A DNA stretch of 64,000 nucleotides from Octopus vulgaris (Eukaryota): assembly GCA_951406725.2 (NCBI GenBank), contig OX597835.1:50716001-50780000 (forward strand), in the 5' to 3' direction. Every line of letters begins with the position of its first letter. Position 1 is the first letter of the stretch. Shown piece after piece: positions 28,244 through 42,002 of the stretch. The position numbers and the translations under genes are program-made. The notes beneath the pieces were generated by a model that saw nothing but the letters and a program-made list of their open reading frames with translations, was not told where the DNA came from and did not search any database.

Positions 28244-28829
28244 TTCTACCCAATACTTTATTTGAAAGGGAATCAACCTCTTCTTTACAATCCTTCGCCT
28301 GATAATGAAATTCACATTAACTGCTGAACTCTGCTCCTTAAAATTAATGCAAATTGGACATTTGGTTTTACAACTGCCAATATAATTAAGTTATTACACA
28401 TTATCACAGCATGTTGTTATTGCAGTTTGGACATGTCATTATTACATATTATGATGACAACATGCCAAGGCAGCAGGATATCTCAGCTGACATAGTATGT
28501 TACCAGTTGTTACACATTGCCTCCGATGTCACAACCTGTTACCACTGCTGTTGTAGCAAGTTGTTACTGTTATTACATCTTGCTATTTTATTATTATTAT
28601 TACAGACTCCTATTATATGTTATGATCATTATTCTACCATTACTCTGAATTATTCTTGCCATTGTAGTTGTTTCTGTATCAACTATCATCATCATTGTCG
28701 TTTCAGACATAACAACTGCTGTTTCTGCTTTTATATTTCAACTTCAACAGCAAATCAACTTCCTATTACATTTGCAGATAATGACAAATATTAATTGAAT
28801 GTAAAACTCTCATGAACATTCAAAATTAC

Positions 28830-28892
28830 CTTTTATTATATAAAAAAAAAAAGGGCCACGTTAGGCAATGTTGAAATGTGCTCCTCTTCAAC
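28830..28892 (-). other. Candidate 63-nt internal exon
   Basis: Acceptor ATTTCTTTCCTTACAG|G and donor AAG|GTAATT; no convincing protein similarity. Confidence 0.3.
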
Positions 28893-29129
28893 CTGTAAGG
28901 AAAGAAATATCCAACCTAATCTTAACAAATGTTGAAAAGGATGAAAAGTAAAAAGTAACATTTTCTGAACTTGGCCAGTTTTTTGTATTTTGTACCACTG
29001 TCATAAAGACATCGATAGCTGGGAGGAAAAAAAAAACTGTATGTACCTAAGTGCTTGTAAACAAATTTATATGGCATCTTGATTTTGGGGGGGCAGTGTG
29101 GCAGGGGAGCATTTCATATAACGCATACT

Positions 29130-29362
29130 AAGGCAGCAAGATAGTAGAATCGTTAGCATGCTGGGCGAAATGCTTAGCAGTATTTTGTCAGCCATTACGT
29201 TCTGAGTTCAAATTCTGCCAAGGTCAACCTTGCCTTTCATTCTTTCGGGGTCGATAAATTAAGTACCAGTTATGCACTGAGGTCGATGTAATCGACTTAA
29301 TTCCTTTGTCTGTCCTTGTTTGTCCCCTCTATGTTTAGCTCCTTGTGGGCAATAAAGAAATA
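29130..29362 (+). mobile_element. tRNA-derived SINE (Deu/Nin-like core)
   Basis: Collinear with the reverse complements of 14145-14382 and 41363-41590; it ends gtgggcaataaagaaata, and a second partial copy follows at about 29380-29560. Confidence 0.88.
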
Positions 29363-29883
29363 AGAATCCTTACTACATTAGGCAAAATACTTAGCGTTTC
29401 TTCTAGGTCTTTATATTCTGAGTTCAAATTTCACGAAGACAGACTTTATTTTTTGCCCTTCCATGGGGGTCAATAGTACTAGCTGAGCACTGGAGTCTAT
29501 ATAATCAACTTGCCTCCACCCACACACCCTCAAAACTTGTACCAAAATTAGAAGCCATATTATAACATATCTCACACAGTATATGGCATGTTCAACAGAG
29601 TTTTCAAAAAGCTAAAAAAGTATTTCTTTTTGCTGGTTTGGTTCTAGGGCCACCCTCACTGAAGCAGATCTGTGAAGGGTCATTTTTTTACAATGACTAG
29701 CCCCTCTTTTATTCAGAACTTCATCAACATCCAATATGTTGTCCCTCTTCGAAGGTTGTAAGATGTGATTTGAGGGAAGACTGACTGTTATTTCTAGTTT
29801 TCAAATGACAACATAGAAATTTTTGTGTTGGCTCAACATTTTTTGAATGTCCACTTTTCTATGGATTGGATAGAATTTGTTAA

Positions 29884-30949
29884 CCCTTTCGTTACTATAT
29901 TTCTGACCAAAATACACCCCTTATGTGTTTCAATTAATTTCTAACATAATCATAAATTTAGTCTGGCTTCATTAAACAACTATAACTTTTTTATTTATCA
30001 ATATATTAACGTGAATTTTGGAAGATAATTTAATGAAATGTTCTCAACCAATTCTATACTATAATTTTGTCACAAACTGACTCTAATTGCAGGTAGATAC
30101 AGGTAAATTCAACAAAATATAAAATTATTAAAATTTTGTTCAAACATCGCTATAGAAAATGGGTTATTAGCTAATATTCAATTGGGTATACAACAAAATT
30201 TTACGATAGAATTTGTTATTCTGGGTAACTTTCTGATACCCATAATAATATTTATGGCAAAATAGTCTTAATTTCATTTAAGGTTATGGGAAACCACTAA
30301 CTATCCTTTCTTTCGTTTTGTTTACATTTAGCGTAACAGTTCATTTCTGCCGTAATGATTTCAAATAGGCTCATTCGAAAAAGTAAAAAGAAATAGTCTA
30401 AGGCTTTACTCTTCTGGGAAAGTCTGTGGCTTGGTCCAGTTTCTTCAGAAAAATCACCGAAAGAAACAGTTTTTTAATTTTCACTCCATTCAGGTGCCAA
30501 TTCATTTTCTTTATCGCTGTTGGAGCTCTCGGATTCACTGTTTTCACTTTCGGAAAATGAAACATCAGATTCATTATCAAATACCACGTGCTTTTTTTTT
30601 TCAGTCATAGAGTTAGATTTATGAAGGTCTTCAGTAGAAAATCCTTCGAATTCTGACTCGCTGCTTGATATAATGAAATTCGTATCCATTTTTTATCAGA
30701 ATTACAAATTTTGAAAACACAATAGGAACAAATTTCGGAAAAAAATCTCCCAAAATTCACGGAATTAAAATTACACTTCGATTTTTGTACAAAACTGTAG
30801 CTGAACTGTTTACAAAGTATAATACGTGTTTTCACGAATGTACTAAAGAAATTTGCTCTGATATTCTCATTTAAATATGAATAGGTAAATACGGGCGGGT
30901 TTGGTCACATTAACCAAAATTTTTTTCGGGCGGTTTAGTAACGAAAGGG
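29884..30949 (-). mobile_element. Internally deleted piggyBac transposon
   Basis: TTAA target duplications at 29880-29883 and 30950-30953 and 14-bp TIRs CCCTTTCGTTACTA/TAGTAACGAAAGGG. The minus strand encodes an acidic N-terminus (ORF 30474..30689), then ALDYFFLLF...IITAEMNCYAK...WFPITLNEIK..INIIMGI, typical of piggyBac transposase. Confidence 0.9.
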
Positions 30950-33900
30950 TTAAGGCAGAATTTCTATGGTCAGATGCCCTTCCTGTCACTGACCTTGTTT
31001 CCAAGGAAGGTAATGTTTCCCCATTGCCAGATAAATTTTTGCAGAATATTAGAATGACACTGACAGTAACACCCATTTACAACTACTGTATGATGTCAAA
31101 ACAAGGAGGTACAAACAAACATACATGATGGGCTTCTTTCATTTTCTGGCTACCAAATCTACCCACAAGACTTTGATCAGGCTGGGGCCAAAGTAAAAGA
31201 TACTTGTGCCAAAAAGTAGAAGCAATGGTTGTACATATGAATGAAATAAGTTGGTTGGTCTCAAATCATTTGACTACCACTGCTGAAACAAAGTATATAT
31301 ATACTTATTTCAGCAAAAACTAAAATCTAGATACAAAAGAAAGTTAATTTAAATAAAGTAACAGCACCTGTGTGGAAACACCCAATTGAAAATGGCACTC
31401 AACAACCTCTTTCTAAGAAATGCATAGGATTTCTAAGAAAATTGTAAAATATTTATACATACATATATAAAGATATTTCTAGAAAGAAATGTGTAAGAAA
31501 GAATTCCATGACACATAAAGAAACACTTTAAAACCTTGTTGGTTTACATGTACATAGAGACATTTTATAACCTGGTTGGATTATATCCAAGTATATACAC
31601 CCAATCAGAGTGTATATAAAATTTGTTGGCTTAAAGAACAGTAAAAAAAAAAAAAAGGTCAAGACTTTTTATGTTTCATTGAGTGTAACTAACTCATTGT
31701 AATATATTTGTTCTGACATTTGTAAAGCATACATATAAGTTACATAAGTTTTATAATGAAAATAACATCTAGAATTTGAGTCACCCTTTTTTGTTTGTTT
31801 TTGTTGTTGTTTTCTTTTTTTACCTTTCAAGTTATGGTTGCGGTTAACAAAACCATCCTTGGTTTTGTTAGCCACTGTTTTAAAGGGAATCAGAACTTTG
31901 CATTGAAGCTCCATGTTAATTTATATTCCAAACACCAGCTACAAATTCATTATTTTCAAAATTGAAACAACAGCACTATATATTTCATCATAAATGTAGT
32001 AACTAAAGAGACTTTCTAGAAATACTTCTTTTTAAAAATTTCATTATCCAGAATTCAAGGGGAAAAAATGAGCAGTCTGTAAGTAAATATATATCTAGCA
32101 TCATTATGTGAGAAATCAAGTCATCACATTTTATGCAAGAGTTCCGAGGAGTGCTTGGAGTAATAGAATACAACAGAAGCTGACTTCTATAACAATTTAT
32201 CTTAAAAGTAGTGCATGAGCATAAAAATAACATATCCCATAAATCAAAAGCACTATAAAAAGTGCAAAAAAAATAAATACAAGATTGTCACTCATGTGCA
32301 AGTATGACCAGACACTTGTACCATGCTTTTGCTTATTGTTTTACTGCGCAGAAATAGACATTCTGTTCGTCGTTCTAACTTTGGCTCAATAAAACATGCA
32401 GAAGGTGATAGATGGAAGGAGACAGCAGTGCACCAACTGTCAGATGGTACTCATTCACAGCTGGTTAGATTGGAGCAATTAACTTCCCTTAACAAAAGGG
32501 AATGCTAAAGGCAAAATTGCTAATTCGATAAGCTGTTGTAGTACCAACTAACAGATCTTGACATCAAATTCAAAGCATGCATTTGTTAAGAATTTACACA
32601 TGAAATCACATTCTTCATACTTTAAATCACATGATTATTTTGAGATGTTACAAGTAACAGATTGACATTCTATGTGCAAAGAGATTTCTCTCGTCATTAA
32701 TACCATAAAACTCAATAGGAAGAAGCACTGGCCTTCACAAATATCACATACAAAAGGCATTTAAAGAGTTACATTTTGTATTTGAAAAAAAAGGAGTAGC
32801 CCCAGATTGTAACAGTTCTTGGTAGATTTGAGAAATGCTTCAGACAAGGTGCAAGAGAGGATGGAAAGGGGCAGGTTACTAAATTTTACTTCTGTCCACA
32901 TCTAAGAGAGAGAATAGCTTACATGTTTTGGAGGTCAACTTTATTCTCTTACAGACAGAGAAATAGGACTTTGAGGAGCATATTTAAAAGCCAATAGTGT
33001 TAATGGTTATGTCAGGTTAGAAGTATGAAAGAAGAAAATGCGCAGTACAATAGCTGTAGAATAATAATAATCGCTACATTAATGTCATTAGTGAGATGCA
33101 AAGAGGGACCAGAAACAATGCAAACAAATTAAAGTACGAGGAGAAAATGTTTTTGAGGTGACATTTTGTAACAATTTTTTATCAAGAGTTTACATAATAA
33201 CATTATTTATTCTCCCTCAACCACCACCATGGAGAAAAAGAAAAAAAGTTTCCTACTCTTTCACACTTACTTTACGCATGTGAAAAGGTCAGATATATTT
33301 CTAGTGGGTTTCATCAAAAGCAGTTAACAGAGACATGCAAAATAAAGAAAAAGAGAGTGCCAATGAATTATGGAGCTAATGACTAGTGATTGTTTTTACA
33401 ACATTTTCAGGATGGGGAGGGGTCTTTATATTAGAGAACTATTGCAAAAGATGAGCCTTGGCAAAGTTGTCTTTTTAAAACCCTGAATTATCACACAGTT
33501 CTTTCAAAAGAACAGTCCACTTCAAATACAAATCTGGTGAATCTAAGGAATTTAATAATATTTTTGTTTGTTTTTTTCTTTAGTGCCAGAAAAAGTAAGG
33601 AAATATTAACTATAATGCACAAGAATGGTAGTTGTATGATTAAGAAGCTTGGATTGCAACTATGTGTTACCTTAGATGAGTGTCTTCTACTACAACTTCA
33701 TGTTGATCAAAATCTTGAGAGATCATTTGTTTTCTGTACATTTTCCATTGCTAGCATGGGTTAAATGAATATATTTTTATGAAAGCATTGTTATTCAGCA
33801 TTCCCTTAACTCATTTTTTTCAAGTGGTTATCTTCTTTCACATGTCACCAAAAGGTGCAAAACAAGCAGATGATTTGTTGACAGAAGTGACAACACCAAA

Positions 33901-35151
33901 GTCCAAGACTTCCATAGAGTGCAAATGTAAATGCACACATCTGGATAAAGAGCATATCTATCCTAGGTAATTGGAACAAAAGGATCCAGTAGCTATTCTC
34001 CACAACAAAAAGCCCCAACAGGTATATTGTTATTCAACCTAATAGAAATAACAGCCAAACTGCCTGCCTTATTGCCATAAATAAAATTTTTAAAAAAGGT
34101 TACAGTGGACAATGCAGTCAGTCACCAACATGCAGAAAGATGGCCACAAAAGCAAAAAGAAAAACTCTTATCACAGAAAGCTTGACTAGGGCTGCTAGGA
34201 AGCTAACTTCTCCTCCTTCCCATAGTTCTCAAAATGACAAATACCAGACCCTTCTCCTCTCTCACAAAAAAACTGAAATTATTTTACTCTCCACTTATGT
34301 ATGAAGAACTTTAGTAAAATAAGTGCCATTAGTAAACTGGTGTTTGGAACATAAATGAACATGAAATTTTGATGGAAGCTTTTAATTTTATAGAATCAGG
34401 ACAAATCTCAAGCAGGTTAGTATCAAAAGGCTTAAAATTTTAAAACTATCTTAAATTTAAGAAACAGTAATTTGTCCACCCACACAGCCCCTGCCCCATA
34501 AGAACCTATGGAAAAACTCTAGGCTAGACAAGAACTAAAAAAAAAACTGAAAATAACAACAGTAGAGTCATGAAGCTATGACTCACGAGTCAGTAATGAT
34601 TCATCTAGTTTTTATCTAAATAGCTGATATACCATTTTATATCAGTGTGTTTACTAAAGGACTTCGGAACCATGCTAAAATAAAATTATATATATTTATA
34701 CACACACACACTGGTATGCAGATAGGCCAATCTCTTGTGCTTCACAAGACTATCAACCACGCTTCTACCCTGACCCTTCTCTTTCTACCATTATCAGTTA
34801 GAACAAAGTCCTTTAAGCCTACATTCTCTATATCTATATGTACAGCTATACAGTTTAGAACAGCTTCTCAAGCAAATGAGAAAAGCCTAATGAATCAGGA
34901 GAGCCTCTACATGGTCACTTACCCTGTTAAAAACAGTAACAAAATATTTTTCTCATGCCACACCCTACTGCCTTAAAAGAAGGACACAACAGATTAGTGT
35001 TTCTCAGTGTGGCTTCTGAAGAATATTACAGTTCCAAGAAAAAAAAGAATTTCTGGAGTTTCACAAAAACTATGTTGATAAAAATTTTAATCATTTCTTT
35101 TATAAAACTAATACTACTCCCATTTTAAAAATATTGAATTATATGAAGATC

Positions 35152-35845
35152 TGGGATGATGTGGTGAAGCACAACCTTCAAACATTGGGCCTCACAGAAG
35201 CGATGACAAGTGACTGAGACCTTTGGCGATATGCTGTGCTTGAGAAGACCCAGCAAGTCAAGTGAGACTGTAACCATGGCCTATGCCAGTGCAACATAAC
35301 CAGCCCATTTAAGAGTACCCTCCAATCATTGGGCAATAAACTGCGCATGCAAAGACCTGTTGAGGCAAGTGAAGTCATTGTTGTAGTTGATAACAGTACT
35401 GCCTGATTGGCACCCATGCTGGTGGCACATAAAAGGCACCATTCACGTGTGGTCGATGCCAGTGCTGCTTGACTGGTCTCATGCTGGTGGCACATAAAAC
35501 GCATCATTCAAGTGTGGTCGATGCCAGTGCTGGCTGACTGGCTCCATGTTGGTAGTACGTAAAAAGCACCATTCGAGTGTGGACATTGCCAGTGCCACCT
35601 GACAGGCTCCTGTGCTAGTGACATGTAAAAAGCACCATTCAAGCATGGTCAATGCCAGTACTGCCTGACTGGCCTGCGTTCCAGTGGTATGTAAAACATT
35701 CCTAAGGAGTGGTTGGCATTAGGAAGGGCATCCAGCTGTAGAAACTTTGCCAGATCAGATTGGAGCCTGGTGCAGCCTTCTGGATTACCAGCTCTCAAAC
35801 TTTCTGATCCATGGAAAGTGGATGTTAAACAATGACGATGATGAC
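35152..35845 (+). mobile_element. RTE-LINE 3' end with roughly 60-bp tandem repeats in the 3' UTR
   Basis: Reverse-complement homologue of 39195-39880 and 54867-55570; it ends gttaaacaatgacgatgatgac. Confidence 0.85.
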
Positions 35846-36154
35846 AATGGGTAGTGGAGTTAAGAATACGTTCTAAAAAAAAATTATTTGTCTTTTCAAA
35901 ATGGAAGGTTTTGTTTTTATGAAAAACCCCAGTTAAAAAGCTTAAAATTACACACTAAGCTTTTATTTATAGATTCTTAAAAATATTTTGGTTTCGTCTG
36001 AAGAATGGTGCCAGTGACCATTGTAAGTCTTCTAAGACCAAATTAAAATTTTAAAAAGAAAAACAAAGAACAATATTACTTGAAATCAAGTTAATTTCTT
36101 TCTCTTGTTTAAGAAAAATGTTGATTTAGCACCAAATTCTGTTTATCATTATTT

Positions 36155-36472
36155 TTTCTCTTTTACTTGTTTCAGTCATTAGACTGCAGAAATACTGGAG
36201 CACCGCCTCGATGAATTTTTAGTTGAATGTATCAATCCTAGTACTTATTTTTTAAAAACCTAGTACTTATTCTCTCAGTGTCTATTGCTGGACTGCTAGA
36301 TTATGGGGATATAAACACACTAGAACTAGTTGTCACGCACTGGTGGGGGACAGACAGACACAAAGACATATAGATAAATACAAATGGCTTCTTTCAGTTT
36401 CCATCAACCAAATCCACCCACAAGGCTTTGGTCAGCCCAAGGCTATAGTAGAAGACACTTGCTTAAGGTGCC
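36155..36472 (-). mobile_element. SINE with CR1-like 3' tail
   Basis: Matches 43735-44090; the tail GGCGGTGCTCCAG is shared with the CR1 3' UTR. Confidence 0.75.
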
Positions 36473-37729
36473 AAGGGAGAAACATAACTATATGTAAACA
36501 GTCTCTACAAGCAAACATGTATGGGCTTCTTTGTTGGTTTGCGGCTGTCCTGAGCAGGTACAGCTCACTGAAGTATGTAGTGAATGCGTGTGTGCATGAA
36601 CTGACTTTCATTAGTTTGCAGAGTGGAATTCAAATACTATTAGTGTACGAGAAGGCAACAGAAAGCTTCCTGCAATACACCTTCTTTCTCTGTGGTGTTT
36701 TGATCACCCAAAGGAGTCACAGTTGCAATTACACAACTCTATCATTCCTACTTTGAAATTGAAAATAAAAGATTAAAAAAGAATGTAGAAAACTAATTTT
36801 AGTTATCTTTTCATAAGATCTGTCTAGACTCAGTGTAAAATGACTTGTAAATGAAATATTTCACTTAATAATAATAATGACATACTATGTAAAGAACAGA
36901 AGCAGTACTTCAGAGAAGGAGAGGTTAAGTAATGCATTTTGAGGGAAAGAAAAAATATGACAAAGGTAGGAGTGGGGAAGACTGTCATTTTTGGATCCTG
37001 GGATGACAGTTTTTGTTGAGAAGAATAAAATAAAATAAATAAAAGCAGTGATTTTCAGAGACAGCTCTGAACAATACTAGCTTCATTGTGAAAATATAAT
37101 AGGTTTTTCAAGTGTAATAGGATATAAAGAGTAAAAATAAATAAATAAAAGAAAAGATTTGTTTTCTTTATTTTGTTATAACTCTAAATTTAAATACATT
37201 CATATTATAGTATTTTTTTTTTTTTTTGTTATATACAAGATTTAAAATACTGACTCAATTTCAATTTAAGCACATCAAAAAGCATTTTTCTAACAGCAAG
37301 TTCAACCAAAGTTTGAAACCTGAATGCTAACTTCACTAATCACTTTTCAACCTAGCAATGGGCTACAACTTTTAGCATAGGTGCTTTTGCTTTTTGCTTT
37401 TTCTTGCATGGCAATATTTCCTTTTTTTTATAGAGTCTGTTAATCAAAACTTTATTGGGCCTCCTATGAGTACCTAGATCAACTGTGTCAGTTATTGAGG
37501 CAATGATAAAAAGCAATCACAGATAAAAGCCTCAACAGGCTTTTCTAGAAAACAATCCACAAAGGTGATTCTCAGAAAAGTGTAGCTCAACCTCAGTATC
37601 AAGTAACTAATTTACATACACTTACTCAACACTGCTATAAATACATCAACTCACCTCACACAGACCCCTACACATCTCTATACACTGAAAAACTGTCCCA
37701 ATGACATGTTAATATATCTATTCTCACTA

Positions 37730-37935
37730 AGGTGGTGAGCTGGCAGAACTGTTAGCATGCCTGGCAAAATGTTTAGCAACATTTCATCTGTCTTTATGTT
37801 CTGAGTTCAAATTCTACTGAGGTTTTCTTTGCCTTTCAGGGTCAATAACATAAGTAACAGTGTAACACTGGGGTTGATGTCACTGACTTACCCCTCCTTC
37901 GAAATTGCTGGCCTTGTGCCATAATTTGAAATCAA
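37730..37935 (+). mobile_element. tRNA-derived SINE (alternative 3' end)
   Basis: Head ggtggtgagctggcagaa...ctgagttcaaattc as in 29130; tail gctggccttgtgcc as in 17878. Confidence 0.8.
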
Positions 37936-39134
37936 TATATCTAATTCCACTAAAAATTTAATTCAAGTATTCTTATATATGCATTACTGAATGTATACGT
38001 ATATACACTGTATACTTTCATTTATTAAAAGACATTTTAACTGCTCATCTCTGAATATATCCTCAGGATATTGTCTGAGTTGGTAGCGACCCAATAATTC
38101 TTGTATGCATTAACAAGCAAAAGATATTCTTATAACCTAAAAAAGCTCATCGTTTAACAAAACATCAAATACATTTATAGAACCTAACATATACAATATA
38201 TAAAGAAATATTTTCATCTGAACATATGGAAAGAACATTCAAAATTCATTGATGCTATGTAGTCGTCCAAGATGCATTATTGTCACTTTTGCATCTTGGA
38301 TGGCATAGCAGTATGTTGGCCTTTTGTGTCCACTATCATTTTCTTATATTAGAAACTCATTTCAAAGATAAAAAAAAAATTAAAGTTACAACCCATATGA
38401 GAACAAAATGCATAAATTTAGAAAAGAAAAGATATGAAATGAAATAAATTTGTGTCTGTAAACTCAAGATACACACATACTATAGATTTACAAACTGACA
38501 GTAATTGAAAGGTTATTCAATCATGTAATCACATTTTTTTTTTTTGAACAGTTGGTAGGCACTGACTGGGTGTTTCAGTCAAACATGTCAGGTACCAAGT
38601 GGATAAAAGAAAGTTATAACTGAATAGATCGACCACAGAAAACGAGATGGTAAAAGCTGTATACACACACAATATTAAGAAAGAAAAAACTAAGAAGATG
38701 GAGAAGGGGAAAATGAATATTATATGCAATGGAGCATACTACTTTAATTCCTCTCCAGTCTACACATGACCTCTGCAGTCATGGTTCATGTCTCACTACC
38801 ATGTAATATAGCAGTTCTCGCACAGGCATCAAAGAATTTTGACGGAAGTGGCAAAATTTCAAATGATGGGTTGTGTTAAACACAGCGCCAACTGCTACAA
38901 AGGAGAGTATATCCAATGAGAGCTTTACGGTGCGTTCAAAAACCACATAACCCCCACCTCCAATTTTCCATGACAGGCTAGGGCCTGAAATACTCCAAAT
39001 GGACGCATAGCATGTTGCTTAGTTGAATTAGCCCAGTATTTACTCCACAAATACTTTGTTATCAATGCTGCACTTACCCATATTATCTGTTTCAACATAA
39101 CTGTAATATATTATATACAAACTATGCCATTTTA

Positions 39135-39164
39135 CGCCTAAGCAATGCCAGGTACCTCTGCTAG
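39135..39164 (+). mobile_element. Helitron 3' terminus (body probably extends upstream)
   Basis: cctaagcaatgccaggtacctctgCTAG|T is a CpG-decayed version of the hairpin-CTAG end seen at 52642-52669. Confidence 0.6.
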
Positions 39165-39194
39165 TACATTTTATTTATATATATATATATATAT

Positions 39195-42000
39195 GTCCGT
39201 TTTCCATGCTGGCATGGGTTGGACAATTTGACTGAGGACTGGTGAACCAGATGGCTGCACCAGTCTCCAATCTGATCTGGCAGAGTTTCTACAGCTGGAT
39301 GCCCTTCCTAACACCAACCACTTTGAAAATGTAGCAGGTGCTTTTACGTGCCACTGGCATGAGGGCCAGTCAGGCAGTACTGGCAACGGCCATGCTCAAA
39401 TGGTGTTTTTTACGTGCTACCTGCACAGGAGCCAGTCCAACAGCATTGGCAAAGACCTCACTCAAATGCTTTTTCACGTGCCACCGGCACAAGTGCCAGT
39501 ACAGCAATGCTGGTAATGCTCATGTTCGAATGGTGCTTTTTACGTACCACCAGCACAGAAGCCAGTCAGCTGCTCTGGCAATGATCATGCTCGGATGGTG
39601 CTCTTAGCGCTCCACTAGCACAGATGCTAGTCATCAAATTTGATTTCGATTTCACTTGCCTCAACAGGTCTTCATAAGCAGAGTTTAGTGTCCAATGAAG
39701 GAAAGGTATGTATAAGTGGGCTGGTTACAGTTCTGGCATAGACCACGAGGTTATGGTCTCACTTGGCTTGCTGGGTCTTCTCAAGCACAGCATATTTTCA
39801 AAGGTCCCAGTCACTACTCATTGCCTCGGTGAGACCTAATGTTCGAAGGTCGTGCATCACCACCTCATCCCAGGTCTTCGTGGGTCTACCTCTTCCACAG
39901 GTTCTCTCAGCGGCTCGGGTGGCACTTTTTCATACAGCTATCCTCATTCATTCGCACCACATGACCATACCAGCGCAGTCGTCTCTCTTGCACACCACAT
40001 CTGATGCTTCCTAGGTTCAACTTTTCTGTCAAGGTACTTAACACTCTGTCCAGTATGCACACTAACATTATACATACATCGGAGCATACTGACTTCATTC
40101 CTTGCAAGCTTACGCATGTCCTCAGCAGTCACAGCCTATGTTTCACTGCCATGTAGCATAGCTGTTCGTACACAAGCGTCATACAGTCTGCCTTTTACTC
40201 TGAGCGAGAGGCCCTTTGTCACCAGAAGAGGTAAGAGCTCTTTGAACTTTGCCCAAGCTATTCTTATTCTAGCAGCTACACTTTCAGCGCACCCCACTCC
40301 GCTACTGACTTGGTCCCCTAGGTAACGAAAGCTATCAACTACTTCTAGTTTTTCTCCCTGGAATGTAGCGGAAGATGATCTCTGCGCATTTTCAGTGTTT
40401 ATTGCTCCTGAGCATCTGCCACATACAAAAACTATCTTCCCCGTTAGCCTCCCTTTGATATTGCTGCACCTCTTATGTGTCAATAGATTACACTGGATAC
40501 ATCTTATGAAGTTTCTACTTATGCCTTTTCTACAGATCGAGCAGGGCCATCTACCTGAAGGGATTTGTGGTTTGGCTGCCTTCCTACTTATTAGGACTTT
40601 GGTTTTAGCTAGTTTAACTCTAAGGCCCTTCGATTCTAATCCTTGCTTCCATGTCTGAAACTTCTCTAGTTCTGACAGTGACTCAGCAATTAGAGCAAGG
40701 TCGTCAGCATAAAGGAGCTCCCAGGGGCATTCTGTTATTGCCTGGAGGACTATGATAAATAGGAAGGGGCTGAGGACTGAACCTTGGTGGACCCCTACCT
40801 CTACCTGGAATTCTTCACTGTACTCATTGCCAACCTTCACCTTACTGACAGCATCCCTGTACATGGCTTGCACAGCTCTCACTAACCATTCTTCTATCCT
40901 TAGTTTCCTCATTGACCACCAGATAAAGGATTGGGGGACCCTGTCAAAAGCTTTCTCCATGTCAAAGAAAGCCAAGTACAGAGGTTTATCTTTGGCCAGG
41001 TGTTTCTCCTGCAGCTGTCTTACCAGAAATATAGCATCAGTGGTGCTTTTCCCTGGCACAAAACCAAACTGCATCTCCTCTAAACTGACTCTCTCCCTAA
41101 TTAGTTGGGCTATGACCCTCTCCGTTACCTTCATTACCTGATCCAATAACTTGATACCTCTGTAATTATTTGTATCTAAAGCGTCATCTTTATCTTTGTA
41201 GCAGTTGACTATTATGCTGCTACACCAAACATTGGGTATGACTCCTTCGTGTATCACCTGGTTAACTATATGGGTGACTAAGCTATAGCCGACACCGCCA
41301 GATATTTTGAGCATCTCTGCAGTGAATCCTGTTGGGCCGGGGGCTTTTCCTGTCTTCATACCTATTTCTTTATTACCCACAAGGGGCTAAATATAGAGGG
41401 GACAAACAAGGACAGACATAGGTATTAAGTCGATTATATCGACCCCAGTGCGTAACTGGTACTTAATTTATCGACCCCAAAAGGATGAAAGGCAAAGTCG
41501 AGCTCGGCGGAATTTGAACTCAACGTAACGACAGACGAAATATGGCTACGCATTTAGCCCGGCATGCTAACGTTTCTGCCAGCTTGCCACCTTCATACCC
41601 TTAATTACTTTATCCACCAAGGTACTGTCAACTCGGATAGCTGGTCCCTCTCTTGGGTCGACATTCGGCAGACTCCCTTTCTCCCATTCATTTTCTTTAT
41701 TCAGCAACCTTTCATAGTGGCGTCTCCAAACCTCTCTCTTTGCAGCCTCGTTTAGTGCAAGTGAACAATCATCTATGAGGACACATTTCTCTCCTACAAC
41801 ATCACGATTCTCATTCACACACTGTCTTGCAACATGAAATATCTCAAGTCTTTGGTCCTCGCAGCACAGAACATTGGCAAATTGTTTTCTTATCTGCTTC
41901 CCCTCTGGCTAAATAAACCTGTCTCCTAGCTTTCCTTCAGGCAGTCTGATACAATTCCCTGCTACCACCATTCTTCCAGTCCTTCTAAGCCTGTTTCTTT
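39195..42000 (-). mobile_element. RTE-clade LINE, 5'-truncated, interrupted by a SINE
   Basis: ORF 40136..41380 has KAPGP, NYRGIKLL, QFGFVPG, YADDL, FRYLG and LRWYGHV, followed by a repeat-bearing 3' UTR. Confidence 0.93.
41363..41590 (-). mobile_element. Young SINE nested in the RTE LINE
   Basis: TSD CTTCATACC at 41354-41362 and 41591-41599; the empty site is seen in the paralogue near 56620; CpGs are retained. Confidence 0.93.
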
Positions 42001-42002
42001 AT

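Noticed and set aside
28411-28794. 127-aa ORF
   Set aside because: It is degenerate trinucleotide low-complexity sequence (TTA/TTG/CAT) with no recognisable domain.
35380-35700. CRISPR-like periodic repeats
   Set aside because: The whole 60-bp unit is repeated, so there are no unique spacers, and it lies in a LINE 3' UTR.
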